Position numbers and translations under genes: made by a program
The notes under the pieces: generated by a model
Database searches by the model: none
What the model saw: only the letters and a program-made list of their open reading frames with translations
Told to the model about the DNA's origin: nothing
From: Candidatus Caldatribacteriota bacterium
GTDB lineage: Bacteria > Atribacterota > Phoenicimicrobiia > Phoenicimicrobiales > Phoenicimicrobiaceae
Reading direction: 5' to 3'
Length of the DNA stretch: 38,384 nt
Assembly: GCA_034660595.1 (NCBI GenBank)
Contig: JAYEJO010000093.1
Span: 1 to 38,384, forward strand
Part shown: positions 1 to 8,230 of the stretch, one piece after another
How the letters are laid out: every line of letters starts with the position of its first letter
Numbering within the stretch: position 1 is the first letter of the stretch

Positions 1-798
1 ACCGGTATTTCCCTTGTCCCTGCGGTAGGAAAAGAAAAGTTCAGGGTGGTCTGCCGTACAAATCCGGTTAACAAAAATATTCTTTTCCGATAGCCCGGCT
101 TCAATCAATTGCCCATAGTTTGCTTTTCTTAAATCAAGGCTCCACCCGCTTTTATTTTGCAGGAAAATCGGTTCACCATTATGTTTAACTTCATTTAACC
201 AATAATCATCAATTTTATTTTCCTCTTTGATACTGTAACAGCAGGGACCGATGGAGGGAAAAATGGCAGCTAAGCAGGAGCAGGGATTGGTTTCAAAGAT
301 TTTTTTCATCTTTAACAAAGTTTTTAAGGTTAATTCCAATTCTGTTCCTCTTCTTCCACTATGGATTAACGCAATAGCTTTTTTGACAGGGTCTAAAATA
401 AAAACGGGAACGCAATCAGCATAACACATTAAAAGAGGTATACCGGGAATATCCGTAATTAATGCGTCGGTTTGTGCAATTCCCTTAGAATATTTTAAAG
501 CTCCTTTGCCTTTATCTTCTTTTTTTACGAGAGCTATTTTATCTTTATGGACTTGTTGAGCAGTTACCGCGGTTCGATAATCAATGCCTAAAGCATCTAA
601 AATAATTTTTCTGTTTTCTGCTACGCGACTTTCTTCATCGCCTACATTATAAGATAGATTAAGATTATTAAAGGGGGTTCTGCTTACACCGCCTGTTCGA
701 GCGGTAAAAGCATTTACTACTAAGTTGGCATTGTCTAATTCTCTACAGTTGAAATATTTTATTTGCCCAAGTTCTTTTAATTTAAAATCCTGGTTCAA
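1..798 (-). CDS. pgeF: YfiH/PgeF (DUF152) family protein (peptidoglycan editing factor / purine-nucleoside-phosphorylase-like); C-terminus cut by window edge
   Basis: Not in the ORF track because it runs off the window. My minus-strand translation from TTG at 798 reads LNQDFKLKELGQIKYFNCRELDNANLVVNAFTARTGGVSRTPFNNLNLSYNVGDEESRVAENRKIIL...IALIHSGRRGTE...ICTADHPELFFSYRRDKGNTG. These are the family motifs (FTxRxGGxS, NR, HSGxRG, C...FxSYRRD). TTG is the only plausible in-frame start after the upstream TAA, so the start is uncertain. Confidence 0.8.
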   Translation of the reverse strand, partial: MNQDFKLKELGQIKYFNCRELDNANLVVNAFTARTGGVSRTPFNNLNLSYNVGDEESRVAENRKIILDALGIDYRTAVTAQQVHKDKIALVKKEDKGKGALKYSKGIAQTDALITDIPGIPLLMCYADCVPVFILDPVKKAIALIHSGRRGTELELTLKTLLKMKKIFETNPCSCLAAIFPSIGPCCYSIKEENKIDDYWLNEVKHNGEPIFLQNKSGWSLDLRKANYGQLIEAGLSEKNIFVNRICTADHPELFFSYRRDKGNTG

Positions 799-844
799 AT
801 TATCTCTACTTTTTGATAATATTTTTTAATACTTACACTGTATC

Positions 845-886
845 AAAATAAAAAAGGGTAAGATACTTCAACGGAATTTCTTACCC
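845..886 (-). terminator. Rho-independent terminator forming the expression platform of the glycine riboswitch
   Basis: Minus strand reads GGGTAAGA-aattccgttgaagta-TCTTACCC followed by TTTTTTATTTT. The 5' arm overlaps the 3' P1 strand (AGGG) of aptamer 2, as in glycine-ON switches. Confidence 0.7.
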
Positions 887-895
887 TGTCTTTTT

Positions 896-1070
896 ACCTG
901 AGAGATTTTTCCAGAATATTGGAAATTACCCCTTCGGTGTTTATTGAAAAACTTTCCAGAGTTCTGTCCGGCAATGGTCCTTTTGCCTGAGAGTTTAAAT
1001 GTATCATACATCTTGCCCCTTCGGCTTCTTTTCTGTAATAGAAAAGACCTCTCCCATTGCTTTCATCCAG
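896..1070 (-). promoter_or_regulatory. Tandem glycine riboswitch (two aptamers)
   Basis: Aptamer 1 on the minus strand: GGGAGAG..hairpin..GCCGAAGGGGCAA..hairpin..CTCTCAGGCAAAAGGAC. Aptamer 2: CTCTGGAAAG..CACCGAAGGGGTAA..hairpin(tttcca/tggaaa)..CTCTCAGGTAAAAAGAC. These are the conserved glycine-aptamer cores in the usual tandem arrangement. Confidence 0.85.
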
Positions 1071-1144
1071 AATAAAATCTATTTGATTATGTTAATTTTG
1101 AGTAAAAACAATTTTGCATATTAAACATATTTAGATAAAAATTA

Positions 1145-1200
1145 TAAACTACATTCTCTATACGACATCTATTTAAAAAATCCTTCTTTTTTTTTGAAAA
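1145..1200 (-). repeat. ~55-nt upstream module, copy A (paralogue of 22146..22199)
   Basis: Minus strand reads TTTTCAAAAAAAAAGAAGGATTTTTTAAATAGATGTCGTATAGAGAATGTAGT. By hand alignment it matches the mraZ-upstream copy at roughly 46 of 56 positions. Confidence 0.6.
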
Positions 1201-1231
1201 TATTTATAATTTTTTTCACAAACAACTAAAT

Positions 1232-1263
1232 TCGTATCTCGTATCTTGTGAATCGTATCTCGG
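1232..1263. repeat. 7-nt-periodic array, class 2 (TCGTATC units)
   Basis: tcgtatc|tcgtatc|ttgtgaa|tcgtatc|tcgg, read directly from the sequence. Confidence 0.8.
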
Positions 1264-1264
1264 G

Positions 1265-1299
1265 ATATAGCGGATAGCGTTTAGCGTAGAGCGTATAGC
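1265..1299. repeat. 7-nt-periodic array, class 1 (AGCGNNT units)
   Basis: atAGCGGATAGCGTTTAGCGTAGAGCGTATAGc. It matches the reverse complement of 27785..27816 at 30 of 32 positions. Confidence 0.85.
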
Positions 1300-1319
1300 A
1301 TCACGGCGTTGCCGTGATG
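1299..1319. repeat. Perfect 9-bp palindromic hairpin CATCACGGC-gtt-GCCGTGATG
   Basis: Read directly. It abuts the class-1 array. Confidence 0.7.
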
Positions 1320-1424
1320 AACAAAAAAGATTGCTAATCTAACATATAGCTGATTATATTCATCCCGTCATGGGTAGATATAAGGCCTGCCCCTATAATT
1401 TATTCATACTCGGTTGATTTAATT

Positions 1425-1456
1425 GGAAAATTGGTGAATCGGGAAATTGGTGAATT
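1425..1456. repeat. 16-nt tandem direct repeat (GGAAAATTGGTGAATC / GGGAAATTGGTGAATT)
   Basis: Read directly. It lies immediately downstream of the nrdG stop. Confidence 0.7.
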
Positions 1457-1463
1457 GTTATCC

Positions 1464-2174
1464 TCATCTCCAATAACAATTGGGAACATATTTTTTAGCT
1501 TTTTCTGATAGTTCCTGAATCTTTTCATCAGAATAGGGTTTTATCTTTTGAAAAGAAGGGTCGAGGGTCTTCTCTAAAGGAGAAAAATTCTGTAATACAT
1601 ATTTTTTCGCTCCGGTAATATGCCTGGCAATTTCCATAATGGTCTCAACGGAATGCAATAAAGGTACTACGGTAGTGCGAAATTCATAATCAATCTTTGA
1701 GTTCATTATTAATTCAATACTATCTTTTACTTTCTCTAACATTATTTTATCTTTTATGCCCACGGCCTTGGAATAATTATCAAAATCCAATGATGATTTA
1801 ATATCCATGGCAATATAATCCACCAAAGCAAAATCAAGGAGATTTTCTAATAATTTCGGATTAGTACCATTAGTATCCAGCTTTATTAAAAAACCTTTAT
1901 CTTTTATTTCTTTAAAATATGCAGGTAAATCGGGGTATAGGGTGGGCTCTCCTCCGCTCATACATATACCATCAATAAAATCTTTTCTCTCTAAGAGGAA
2001 GTTATCTATTTTTCTCAGGGAAATGTTAGGAAAATTTTCCGGATGTAATATTAAATCACAATTATAGCAGAATGGACATCTAAAGTTACAGGCAGGAAGA
2101 TATAAAGTAGAAACAATTTTCCCCTCCCAATCAATCAGAGAGGTCTCAATCATCTGCTTTATGGTAATGTTCAA
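1464..2174 (-). CDS. nrdG: Anaerobic ribonucleoside-triphosphate reductase activating protein (radical SAM)
   Basis: 236 aa with CNFRCPFCYN (CxxxCxxC) near the N-terminus, directly downstream of nrdD. The track start is TTG, overlapping the upstream stop as TTGA. An ATG 21 nt downstream (2153) is an alternative start. Confidence 0.9.
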   Translation of the reverse strand: MNITIKQMIETSLIDWEGKIVSTLYLPACNFRCPFCYNCDLILHPENFPNISLRKIDNFLLERKDFIDGICMSGGEPTLYPDLPAYFKEIKDKGFLIKLDTNGTNPKLLENLLDFALVDYIAMDIKSSLDFDNYSKAVGIKDKIMLEKVKDSIELIMNSKIDYEFRTTVVPLLHSVETIMEIARHITGAKKYVLQNFSPLEKTLDPSFQKIKPYSDEKIQELSEKAKKYVPNCYWR

Positions 2175-2425
2175 ATTGCTGCTTCCTCTCTAATCTCCTC
2201 TAATCGAGGGGCATTTCCTCTCCATATCTTGATCTCGTTATCCTCATTATCTGCGATTACTATAGAAGGAGTAGATGCAATATTATAATAACTTGCTTCA
2301 GCCAGACCATCAACCGAATCTACATCAAAATATTGAACTTCTGCCTCTTTTTCTAATTGTTTTCCCAGATTTTTAGCTTCCGGACAATGGGGACAGTTTT
2401 TTTGCCAGAATATTTTTATTTTCAT
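2171..2425 (-). CDS. Small thioredoxin-fold / glutaredoxin-like protein (CPHC)
   Basis: 84 aa with WQKNCPHCPEAK as the redox motif. It sits between nrdD and nrdG, where glutaredoxin-like proteins are commonly found in class III nrd operons. Confidence 0.75.
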   Translation of the reverse strand: MKIKIFWQKNCPHCPEAKNLGKQLEKEAEVQYFDVDSVDGLAEASYYNIASTPSIVIADNEDNEIKIWRGNAPRLEEIREEAAI

Positions 2426-2442
2426 AATATTTTCACTCTCTT

Positions 2443-4869
2443 CTAAATTTTATTCGTTAGTTTATAATTTCCGGAATGCCGATCTTTTAGTTCGCCGATC
2501 TTATTTTTATTCCAATTGGTTATTTTGCTATAATATCCCACTATCCTGGTTACTCCATATACATCTTCGCTCCCGCATCCATTGCAGTTCTCTTGTAATC
2601 CTCTGCTAACCTCGTTGCAGACATTACATATGGTAAACTCAGGCGAAATAGTAAGTTGAGAACACTGAGTATGTTCCCAAACTTTTTTAACTAAATTATA
2701 GATGCTCTCCGGTGAAGGCCGGCTTTCTCCTACAAAGGCGTGAATTATCGCCCCGCTCTTTATTAAAGGATGGAACTTACTTTGTTTAATAATTCGAGTG
2801 ATTAAATCTACCGGTGCTGAAGCAGCAAAATGGATACTATTAGTATAATAACTTTCATCTCCATTGGAATTTCCTTTTACAACTTTTTTGCTATCCGGAA
2901 ATTCCCGTAAATCGATTTTAGCTAACCTTCCCGCTGCGCTTTCAGCGGGAGATTCCTCCAGAGACAATTTTAAATTGAACTTCTTGCTATACTCTCTGCA
3001 CTTTAAACTCATAAAGGATATAATTTTTAATCCCAACTTAAAAATATCTTCACCTTCATGTAGTTGTTTGCCGGTAATATGCTGGACTGCTTCGTTTAAC
3101 CCGATTAATCCTATTAAGTAAGTTCCTTCATCCAAATTTACATAAGGCCTGCCATCCAAGGCTATCTTGCCTATTTGCCATAAAGGTCCGCTGGGATCTT
3201 CCATCATTGTCTTTAAAAACTTTTTCTTCTGTAAATGGGCTTTGACTGCTAAACATAAAGCCTGATCGATTTTATGGAAAAATAACTTTAAATTATCTTC
3301 ATCATTAAAGTCGAGAGAGGATTCGTAAATATTATTGTCAGGGAAGGTCCTGTAGGCACATTGAGGGAGATTAATAGTAACATTCTGTATCCCGGCAAAT
3401 CTTAACTTCTCAGGATACTGTATCATTTCCTGATCAGTTATCTCGGTCTTTAATCGGCAGCAGGCAGCCAAATTTATATCGTCCCTATCAAAAATAAAAT
3501 AAGGTGAACCGTTCTCGGAAGCTATTTCACAGGCATATTTTAATAGTTTTTTCTGTTCAGGATCCTCGAAAGATTTACTATCAATGTGCAGATCCATCTT
3601 AGGAAAAGCAAAAACTTTTCCGTGGTAATCCCCTTCTCTCCAAACTTCCATCAAAGCTCTCAAAAATAGTTGGGATTCTTTTTCGTAATCTCCGTAATTT
3701 TTTCCGGTATACTCCCCCCCCGGTCCGATTGCCGGTATATTTTTAAGATAGTGCGGGATACCGAGGTGAACATTGAAATCCAGGAAAAGACTCTGTCCTC
3801 CTCTGGAAAAGGCGTTTTGCGAACCGCTAAATATTAAATATTGGGCTTCTTGTTTTATTTCTTTAAAAGGTAGATTTACCAAAAAAGGGGCATACATGAT
3901 ATTTAAATAACCAATACCTAAAGCGCCCGCATAATAGGCCTGCATAGAAGCCAAAAAAGTATTTAAATGCCCGGTTAAGGTTCTGGTATGCTTGGCCGGA
4001 GCGGAAGAGGTATCCAAATTTTCTAATTCAAGACCATATTTCTTTAGAAATTCGAGAGAATGACCGGAACAATAAATTCTCGGATAGCCCAAATCATGAA
4101 TATGAATCCATCCTTTTAAATGGGCATCAGCTACTTCTTTGGAAAAAACTTCTTGCAGCATATATTGTTTGATAGTATTTTCGGCAATGATCAAATTTAT
4201 AGCTTCCGGATTATTGGTTCCAATATTACTATTTTCTTTACTCTTGGAAAAAAACAGTTGTTTTAAATCAAAGGTAGGCATCCCGATAATCTTTTGCTTT
4301 CTCCACTTATGTTCATATCCTCTGGTAAACAGCTCATTGTCAACCAATTCTCTAATCAAGGAAGTGGAAATCTCACTCAAACTTAAATCGACTATCTTTT
4401 TTTCTACTGCCTTGGCTATCTTGGTAGAAACATTTAAAGGTAGTTCCGCTTCTTTAACCAAAGCTTGAATGATTTTCTGCCTATCCCAGGGGAAAACATT
4501 CTCAGAGGTTGGAGTGGAAACCAGCAGAGAAAGCTCAGTTGTGCTTCCATGGTTTTCTACTTTTTTTCTAACTTTTAAGTCCTCTCTAATCCTGCTCCTT
4601 TTATCCCGATACAAAATATAAGCTTTTGCAACTTTTACCAAACCTTCTCTAATTAAGACCTCTTCTACTATATCCTGCACTTCTTCTACATGCGGAACCA
4701 AATCCTTAAATCTTTTTTCTAATTTTATAACTACCTGTTCGGTCACTTTTTCTGCTATAGTTTTATTTTTTTCTCCTGAGGCTAACGTAGCAGCGAAAAT
4801 AGCTTCGTTTATCTTCTTTTTATCAAATTCTACTAATCGGCCTTCTCTTTTTTTGATGGTCTGTATCAT
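2443..4869 (-). CDS. nrdD: Anaerobic (class III) ribonucleoside-triphosphate reductase
   Basis: 808 aa with an N-terminal ATP-cone. The C-terminal Zn site is CNVCNEV...CNGCGS, followed by the glycyl-radical motif TRIVGYY. RBS is GAGG, 7 nt before the ATG. Confidence 0.95.
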   Translation of the reverse strand: MIQTIKKREGRLVEFDKKKINEAIFAATLASGEKNKTIAEKVTEQVVIKLEKRFKDLVPHVEEVQDIVEEVLIREGLVKVAKAYILYRDKRSRIREDLKVRKKVENHGSTTELSLLVSTPTSENVFPWDRQKIIQALVKEAELPLNVSTKIAKAVEKKIVDLSLSEISTSLIRELVDNELFTRGYEHKWRKQKIIGMPTFDLKQLFFSKSKENSNIGTNNPEAINLIIAENTIKQYMLQEVFSKEVADAHLKGWIHIHDLGYPRIYCSGHSLEFLKKYGLELENLDTSSAPAKHTRTLTGHLNTFLASMQAYYAGALGIGYLNIMYAPFLVNLPFKEIKQEAQYLIFSGSQNAFSRGGQSLFLDFNVHLGIPHYLKNIPAIGPGGEYTGKNYGDYEKESQLFLRALMEVWREGDYHGKVFAFPKMDLHIDSKSFEDPEQKKLLKYACEIASENGSPYFIFDRDDINLAACCRLKTEITDQEMIQYPEKLRFAGIQNVTINLPQCAYRTFPDNNIYESSLDFNDEDNLKLFFHKIDQALCLAVKAHLQKKKFLKTMMEDPSGPLWQIGKIALDGRPYVNLDEGTYLIGLIGLNEAVQHITGKQLHEGEDIFKLGLKIISFMSLKCREYSKKFNLKLSLEESPAESAAGRLAKIDLREFPDSKKVVKGNSNGDESYYTNSIHFAASAPVDLITRIIKQSKFHPLIKSGAIIHAFVGESRPSPESIYNLVKKVWEHTQCSQLTISPEFTICNVCNEVSRGLQENCNGCGSEDVYGVTRIVGYYSKITNWNKNKIGELKDRHSGNYKLTNKI

Positions 4870-4902
4870 TTTGAAACCTCATTATAAAATATATTTGTTA
4901 AT

Positions 4903-4937
4903 TAGTCGCTAGTGAATAGTCGTTAGTCGTTAGTATT
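4903..4937. repeat. 7-nt-periodic array, class 4 (TAGTCGT units)
   Basis: tagtcgc|tagtgaa|tagtcgt|tagtcgt|tagtatt, in the nrdR-nrdD spacer. Confidence 0.8.
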
Positions 4938-4950
4938 AAATACAAGTTCT

Positions 4951-5042
4951 CAGTTGCCAGATAAAAAGTTAGTTGCTACAGTTAACCATCCTGATATTAA
5001 TTCTTCAACCGGGTAACCGGTAAACTGGCTAACTGGCTAACC
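4951..5042. repeat. Inverted pair of class-3 (GGTTAAC/CTGGCTAA) 7-8-nt arrays
   Basis: 4951..4987 reads cagttgccag..agttagttgctacagttaacc. 5009..5042 reads ccgggtaaccggtaaactggctaactggctaacc. The arms are imperfectly complementary. Confidence 0.6.
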
Positions 5043-5109
5043 ATCTTTACGAGATATGAATCAGGCTCCTGCAGAAAAAAGAAATTCCTATACAATTAAA
5101 TAATCTATT

Positions 5110-5559
5110 TTATTTGCTAATCCTTCTTATCTCTTTTACAAAGCTGCTTAGATCCTTAAATTGCCTATATACCGAGGCAAATCTTACATAAGCTACTTCA
5201 TCTAAATCTCGTAATCTGGAGATAACCAATTCTCCGATTAGACTACTCTTAATTTCATTAACTCCTTCACTTTTTATGGTCTCTTCTATGTTGTTTACTA
5301 AATTATTTATAGTCTCTATGCTAATCGGTCTTTTTTCGCAGGCTTTAATAATGCCGTTGGTAATCTTTTCTCGAGAAAAAGGTTCCCTCCGACCATCTTT
5401 TTTTATTACCATCAGGGGAATTAAATCAATTCTTTCGTAAGTAGTGAATCTTTTATTACATTTTTTACAAATTCTTCTTCTTCTGACTACTAATTCATTT
5501 TCTATGTGCCTGGATTCAATTACCCTGGTATCGTAATAACTACAATAAGGACATTTCAT
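5110..5559 (-). CDS. nrdR: Transcriptional repressor NrdR (Zn-ribbon + ATP-cone)
   Basis: 149 aa beginning MKCPYCSYYDTRVIESR...CKKCNKRFTTYER, followed by an ATP-cone. Confidence 0.95.
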   Translation of the reverse strand: MKCPYCSYYDTRVIESRHIENELVVRRRRICKKCNKRFTTYERIDLIPLMVIKKDGRREPFSREKITNGIIKACEKRPISIETINNLVNNIEETIKSEGVNEIKSSLIGELVISRLRDLDEVAYVRFASVYRQFKDLSSFVKEIRRISK

Positions 5560-5590
5560 TTTGCACCCCTAAATACAGGATCACATTTAT

Positions 5591-5619
5591 AGTATTACAC
5601 CATATATAGGAAATGTCAA
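5591..5619 (-). promoter_or_regulatory. Candidate sigma70-type promoter of nrdR, with a possible NrdR-box half-match in the spacer
   Basis: Minus strand reads TTGACA-17 nt-(TGt)AATACT. The spacer tttCCTATATATGGTGT matches the ACACwATATaTwGTGT NrdR-box consensus at about 11-12 of 16 positions, mainly in the right half. Confidence 0.4.
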
Positions 5620-5640
5620 TATAAATTGTTAAAAATATTT

Positions 5641-5692
5641 AAAAAAATAAGACAGGTGTCCCCCGTTTTCACGAGGGCAGGCCCGCCCTGTC
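5641..5692 (-). terminator. Second structured hairpin plus T-run downstream of ftsZ
   Basis: Minus strand reads GACAGGgcgggcctgccctcgtgaaaacgggggacaCCTGTC followed by TTATTTTTTT. The interior contains the palindrome AGGGCGGGCCTGCCCT. Confidence 0.5.
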
Positions 5693-5700
5693 TGTGAATT

Positions 5701-5734
5701 ATAAAAAGAAGGGCACAATTCATTGTGCCCCTAC
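5701..5734 (-). terminator. ftsZ terminator, which is also a REP-like hairpin copy
   Basis: Minus strand reads GTAGGGGCACAAT-GA-ATTGTGCCC followed by TTCTTTTTA. The 25-nt core is identical to 27634..27658 in the opposite orientation. Confidence 0.65.
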
Positions 5735-5791
5735 ACTTAAATCCCGTTCTCTTTAACTCGATACTAGTTATTCTGTACGTCTACGCTATCT

Positions 5792-6850
5792 TTATTTTTT
5801 CTCCCTTAAAAAGGTGGGTATATCTAAATCGTTATAACTTATCTTATCTTTATCGAAATCAATCTCCTCAAGTTTGGGTTCTTCTGAAATTTTCTCTAAG
5901 GTTTCAAATCCCGTAGCTATCACAGTTACCTTTACTTCATCATTTAATCCTTTGCTAATTACCGCTCCAAAGATAATATTTGCTTCCGGATTAGCTGCCT
6001 TGGAAATTATTTCAGCAGCTCTATTAACTTCATGCAAGGTTAAACTTGAACTCCCGCTAATATTAAACAACAACCCTTTAGCTCCATCGATTTTTGTATT
6101 TAAAATTGGACTGTTTACAGCTCTTTGAGCTGCTTCAATAGCACGGTTTTCACCACTGGCTCTTCCTAATCCCATTATAGCTGTACCGGCATTTTCTATA
6201 ATCATTTTTACATCCGCAAAATCTACATTTATTAAACCCGGCTCGACTACAATTTCGGTAATTCCCTGAATGCCATGTAGCAGAACCTCATCAGCAATTT
6301 TGAAAGCATCCAATACAGAAGTATTTTCCTCAACAATCTGAAGTAATCTATCGTTAGGTATTACAATTAAAGTATCTACACATTCTTTTAATAATTTTAT
6401 TCCTTCCTCAGCCTGCCTCATCCTTTTATGACCTTCAAAAGAAAAGGGCTTAGTCACTACTCCCACCGTTAAGGCACCCAGGTCTTTAGATATCCGGGCA
6501 ACAATAGGTGCGCCACCGGTTCCCGTTCCGCCCCCCATTCCAGCGGTGATAAATACCATATCTGCACCTTTTAAAGCTTTGGTAACCCTTTCTTTGTCTT
6601 CTTCCGCCGCTTTACGGCCAATTTCAGGATTCGATCCACTACCTAAACCCTTGGTTATCTTACTGCCAATTTGTATTTTTTGTTCTGCATTAGAAAAGGC
6701 TAACACTTGAGCATCAGTATTTACGGAAATATAATTAACGCCTTGTAATTTTGCATCAATCATTCTATTAACAGCATTCCCGCCGCCGCCGCCTATACCG
6801 ATTACTTTTATCTCGATAAATTCTCCTACTTTATTATTAAGGTTAAACAA
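5792..6850 (-). CDS. ftsZ: Cell division GTPase FtsZ
   Basis: Contains [17 protein letters not shown] and [13 protein letters not shown]. The track ORF starts at TTG 6868. I prefer the TTG at 6850, which has a GGGAGG RBS 7 nt upstream. Confidence 0.95.
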   Translation of the reverse strand: MFNLNNKVGEFIEIKVIGIGGGGGNAVNRMIDAKLQGVNYISVNTDAQVLAFSNAEQKIQIGSKITKGLGSGSNPEIGRKAAEEDKERVTKALKGADMVFITAGMGGGTGTGGAPIVARISKDLGALTVGVVTKPFSFEGHKRMRQAEEGIKLLKECVDTLIVIPNDRLLQIVEENTSVLDAFKIADEVLLHGIQGITEIVVEPGLINVDFADVKMIIENAGTAIMGLGRASGENRAIEAAQRAVNSPILNTKIDGAKGLLFNISGSSSLTLHEVNRAAEIISKAANPEANIIFGAVISKGLNDEVKVTVIATGFETLEKISEEPKLEEIDFDKDKISYNDLDIPTFLREKK

Positions 6851-6906
6851 TTTATAACCTCCCTGCAAATAATGGAATATTTACCTATTTAAAGGCAATA
6901 AAAAAA

Positions 6907-8145
6907 TTAAAAGAAATCTTTCAACCAACTGATGATTTTGGTAAAAATGTTTTTTACTTTTGTTTTTCTTTTGGTCAATTTAAACGATCTTCCGATAGAA
7001 TATTTTTCGGTAGCAAAACTTAACAAGCCAATTGCTTCAGAATAGGATGGGTGATTTACCATATCTGCTAACTCCCCTTCATAATGGGGTCTCCCTAATC
7101 GAGAGGGTAAATTTAAGACCTGTTCTGCAACCTCTGGGATACCGGACAGCAAAGAACTTCCTCCGGTTATAACTATTCCTCCGGGAATCATGTTATAACA
7201 CCCGGATTTTCTAACTTCAGTTCCTACCAAACTAAATATCTCACTTACCCGGGGTTCAATTATTTCTACCAGATACTTTGGGGATACATTACACTTATCC
7301 TTTCCATTTATACTGGAAATTTCTACTAATTTTTCAGGAGAAACACTATTTTCAACTGCACTTCCATAACTAATTTTTACCTTTTCGGCTTCTTCTATAG
7401 AAGTTCTTAAACCAACGGCTAAATCATTAGTTATCTGGACACCTCCTACCGGTAAAACTGCAGAATAAGCCAATCCACCTTCAACAAAAATTGCTATTTT
7501 AGTAGTCCCTGCACCAATATCAATCACTAAAACTCCCAATTCTTTCTCAGCATTACTTAAAATTGCATTACTGGAAGCCAGGGTTCCAAAAATTATTTCC
7601 TCAATATCCAACCCTGCCCCTTCTACACATTTGACTAAATTTTGCATGGCGGTAATTGAACCGGTTATAATATGGACTTTACACTCTAATCTTGCTCCCG
7701 ACATTCCCAGAGGATCTGATATCCCGCTCTGGCCGTCAACTATAAATTCGCGGCATAAAGTATGAATTAATTCTTCCTCCGAAGAAACTATTCCAGCTTT
7801 TGCTGCTTCTATAACTTTTTCAATGTCGTTTTCAGTAATTTCCGGGGATTCTCCGGAAATAGCAATAACACCTTTACTATTTACAGATGTTATATGACTT
7901 CCGGCAATAGAAACAAAAGCAGAATTAATACGAGTTCCTGCCATGCGTTCAGCGCTTTCAATAGATGCTTTTACTGATTGAATAGCTTGATCTAAATCTA
8001 CAATTACTCCCTTTTTTATTCCTGATGAGGGGGCTGTCCCTATACTAATGATTTCTATCTGGTCATTCTCTCCTAATTCACCTATAACTGTACAAATTTT
8101 TCCGGAACCTATATCCAAACCAACCACAATATCATCTATTCCCAT
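6907..8145 (-). CDS. ftsA: Cell division protein FtsA (actin-like ATPase)
   Basis: Contains VGLDIGSGKIC, DIGAGTT and ITGGSS. The track start is 8151, but the ATG at 8145 has better GGGAGG spacing (8 nt). Confidence 0.95.
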   Translation of the reverse strand: MGIDDIVVGLDIGSGKICTVIGELGENDQIEIISIGTAPSSGIKKGVIVDLDQAIQSVKASIESAERMAGTRINSAFVSIAGSHITSVNSKGVIAISGESPEITENDIEKVIEAAKAGIVSSEEELIHTLCREFIVDGQSGISDPLGMSGARLECKVHIITGSITAMQNLVKCVEGAGLDIEEIIFGTLASSNAILSNAEKELGVLVIDIGAGTTKIAIFVEGGLAYSAVLPVGGVQITNDLAVGLRTSIEEAEKVKISYGSAVENSVSPEKLVEISSINGKDKCNVSPKYLVEIIEPRVSEIFSLVGTEVRKSGCYNMIPGGIVITGGSSLLSGIPEVAEQVLNLPSRLGRPHYEGELADMVNHPSYSEAIGLLSFATEKYSIGRSFKLTKRKTKVKNIFTKIISWLKDFF

Positions 8146-8230
8146 ATTCATAACCTCCCGTATGCTTTAAAATATCATACACTACCAAGAAATTAAAGTA
8201 AACAAACTGATGTCTTTTATTTTACAAATA

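Noticed and set aside
2864-4468. Plus-strand ORFs 2864..3121 and 4139..4468, antisense to nrdD.
   Set aside because: They lie entirely inside a well-supported minus-strand gene. They have low-complexity Ser/Leu/Phe-rich translations typical of shadow ORFs in AT-rich DNA, and no RBS.
4870-5109. I looked for a cobalamin or other riboswitch, or a T-box, upstream of nrdD.
   Set aside because: I could find no B12-box-like or other conserved aptamer core on either strand. The structured parts are explained by the repeat arrays.
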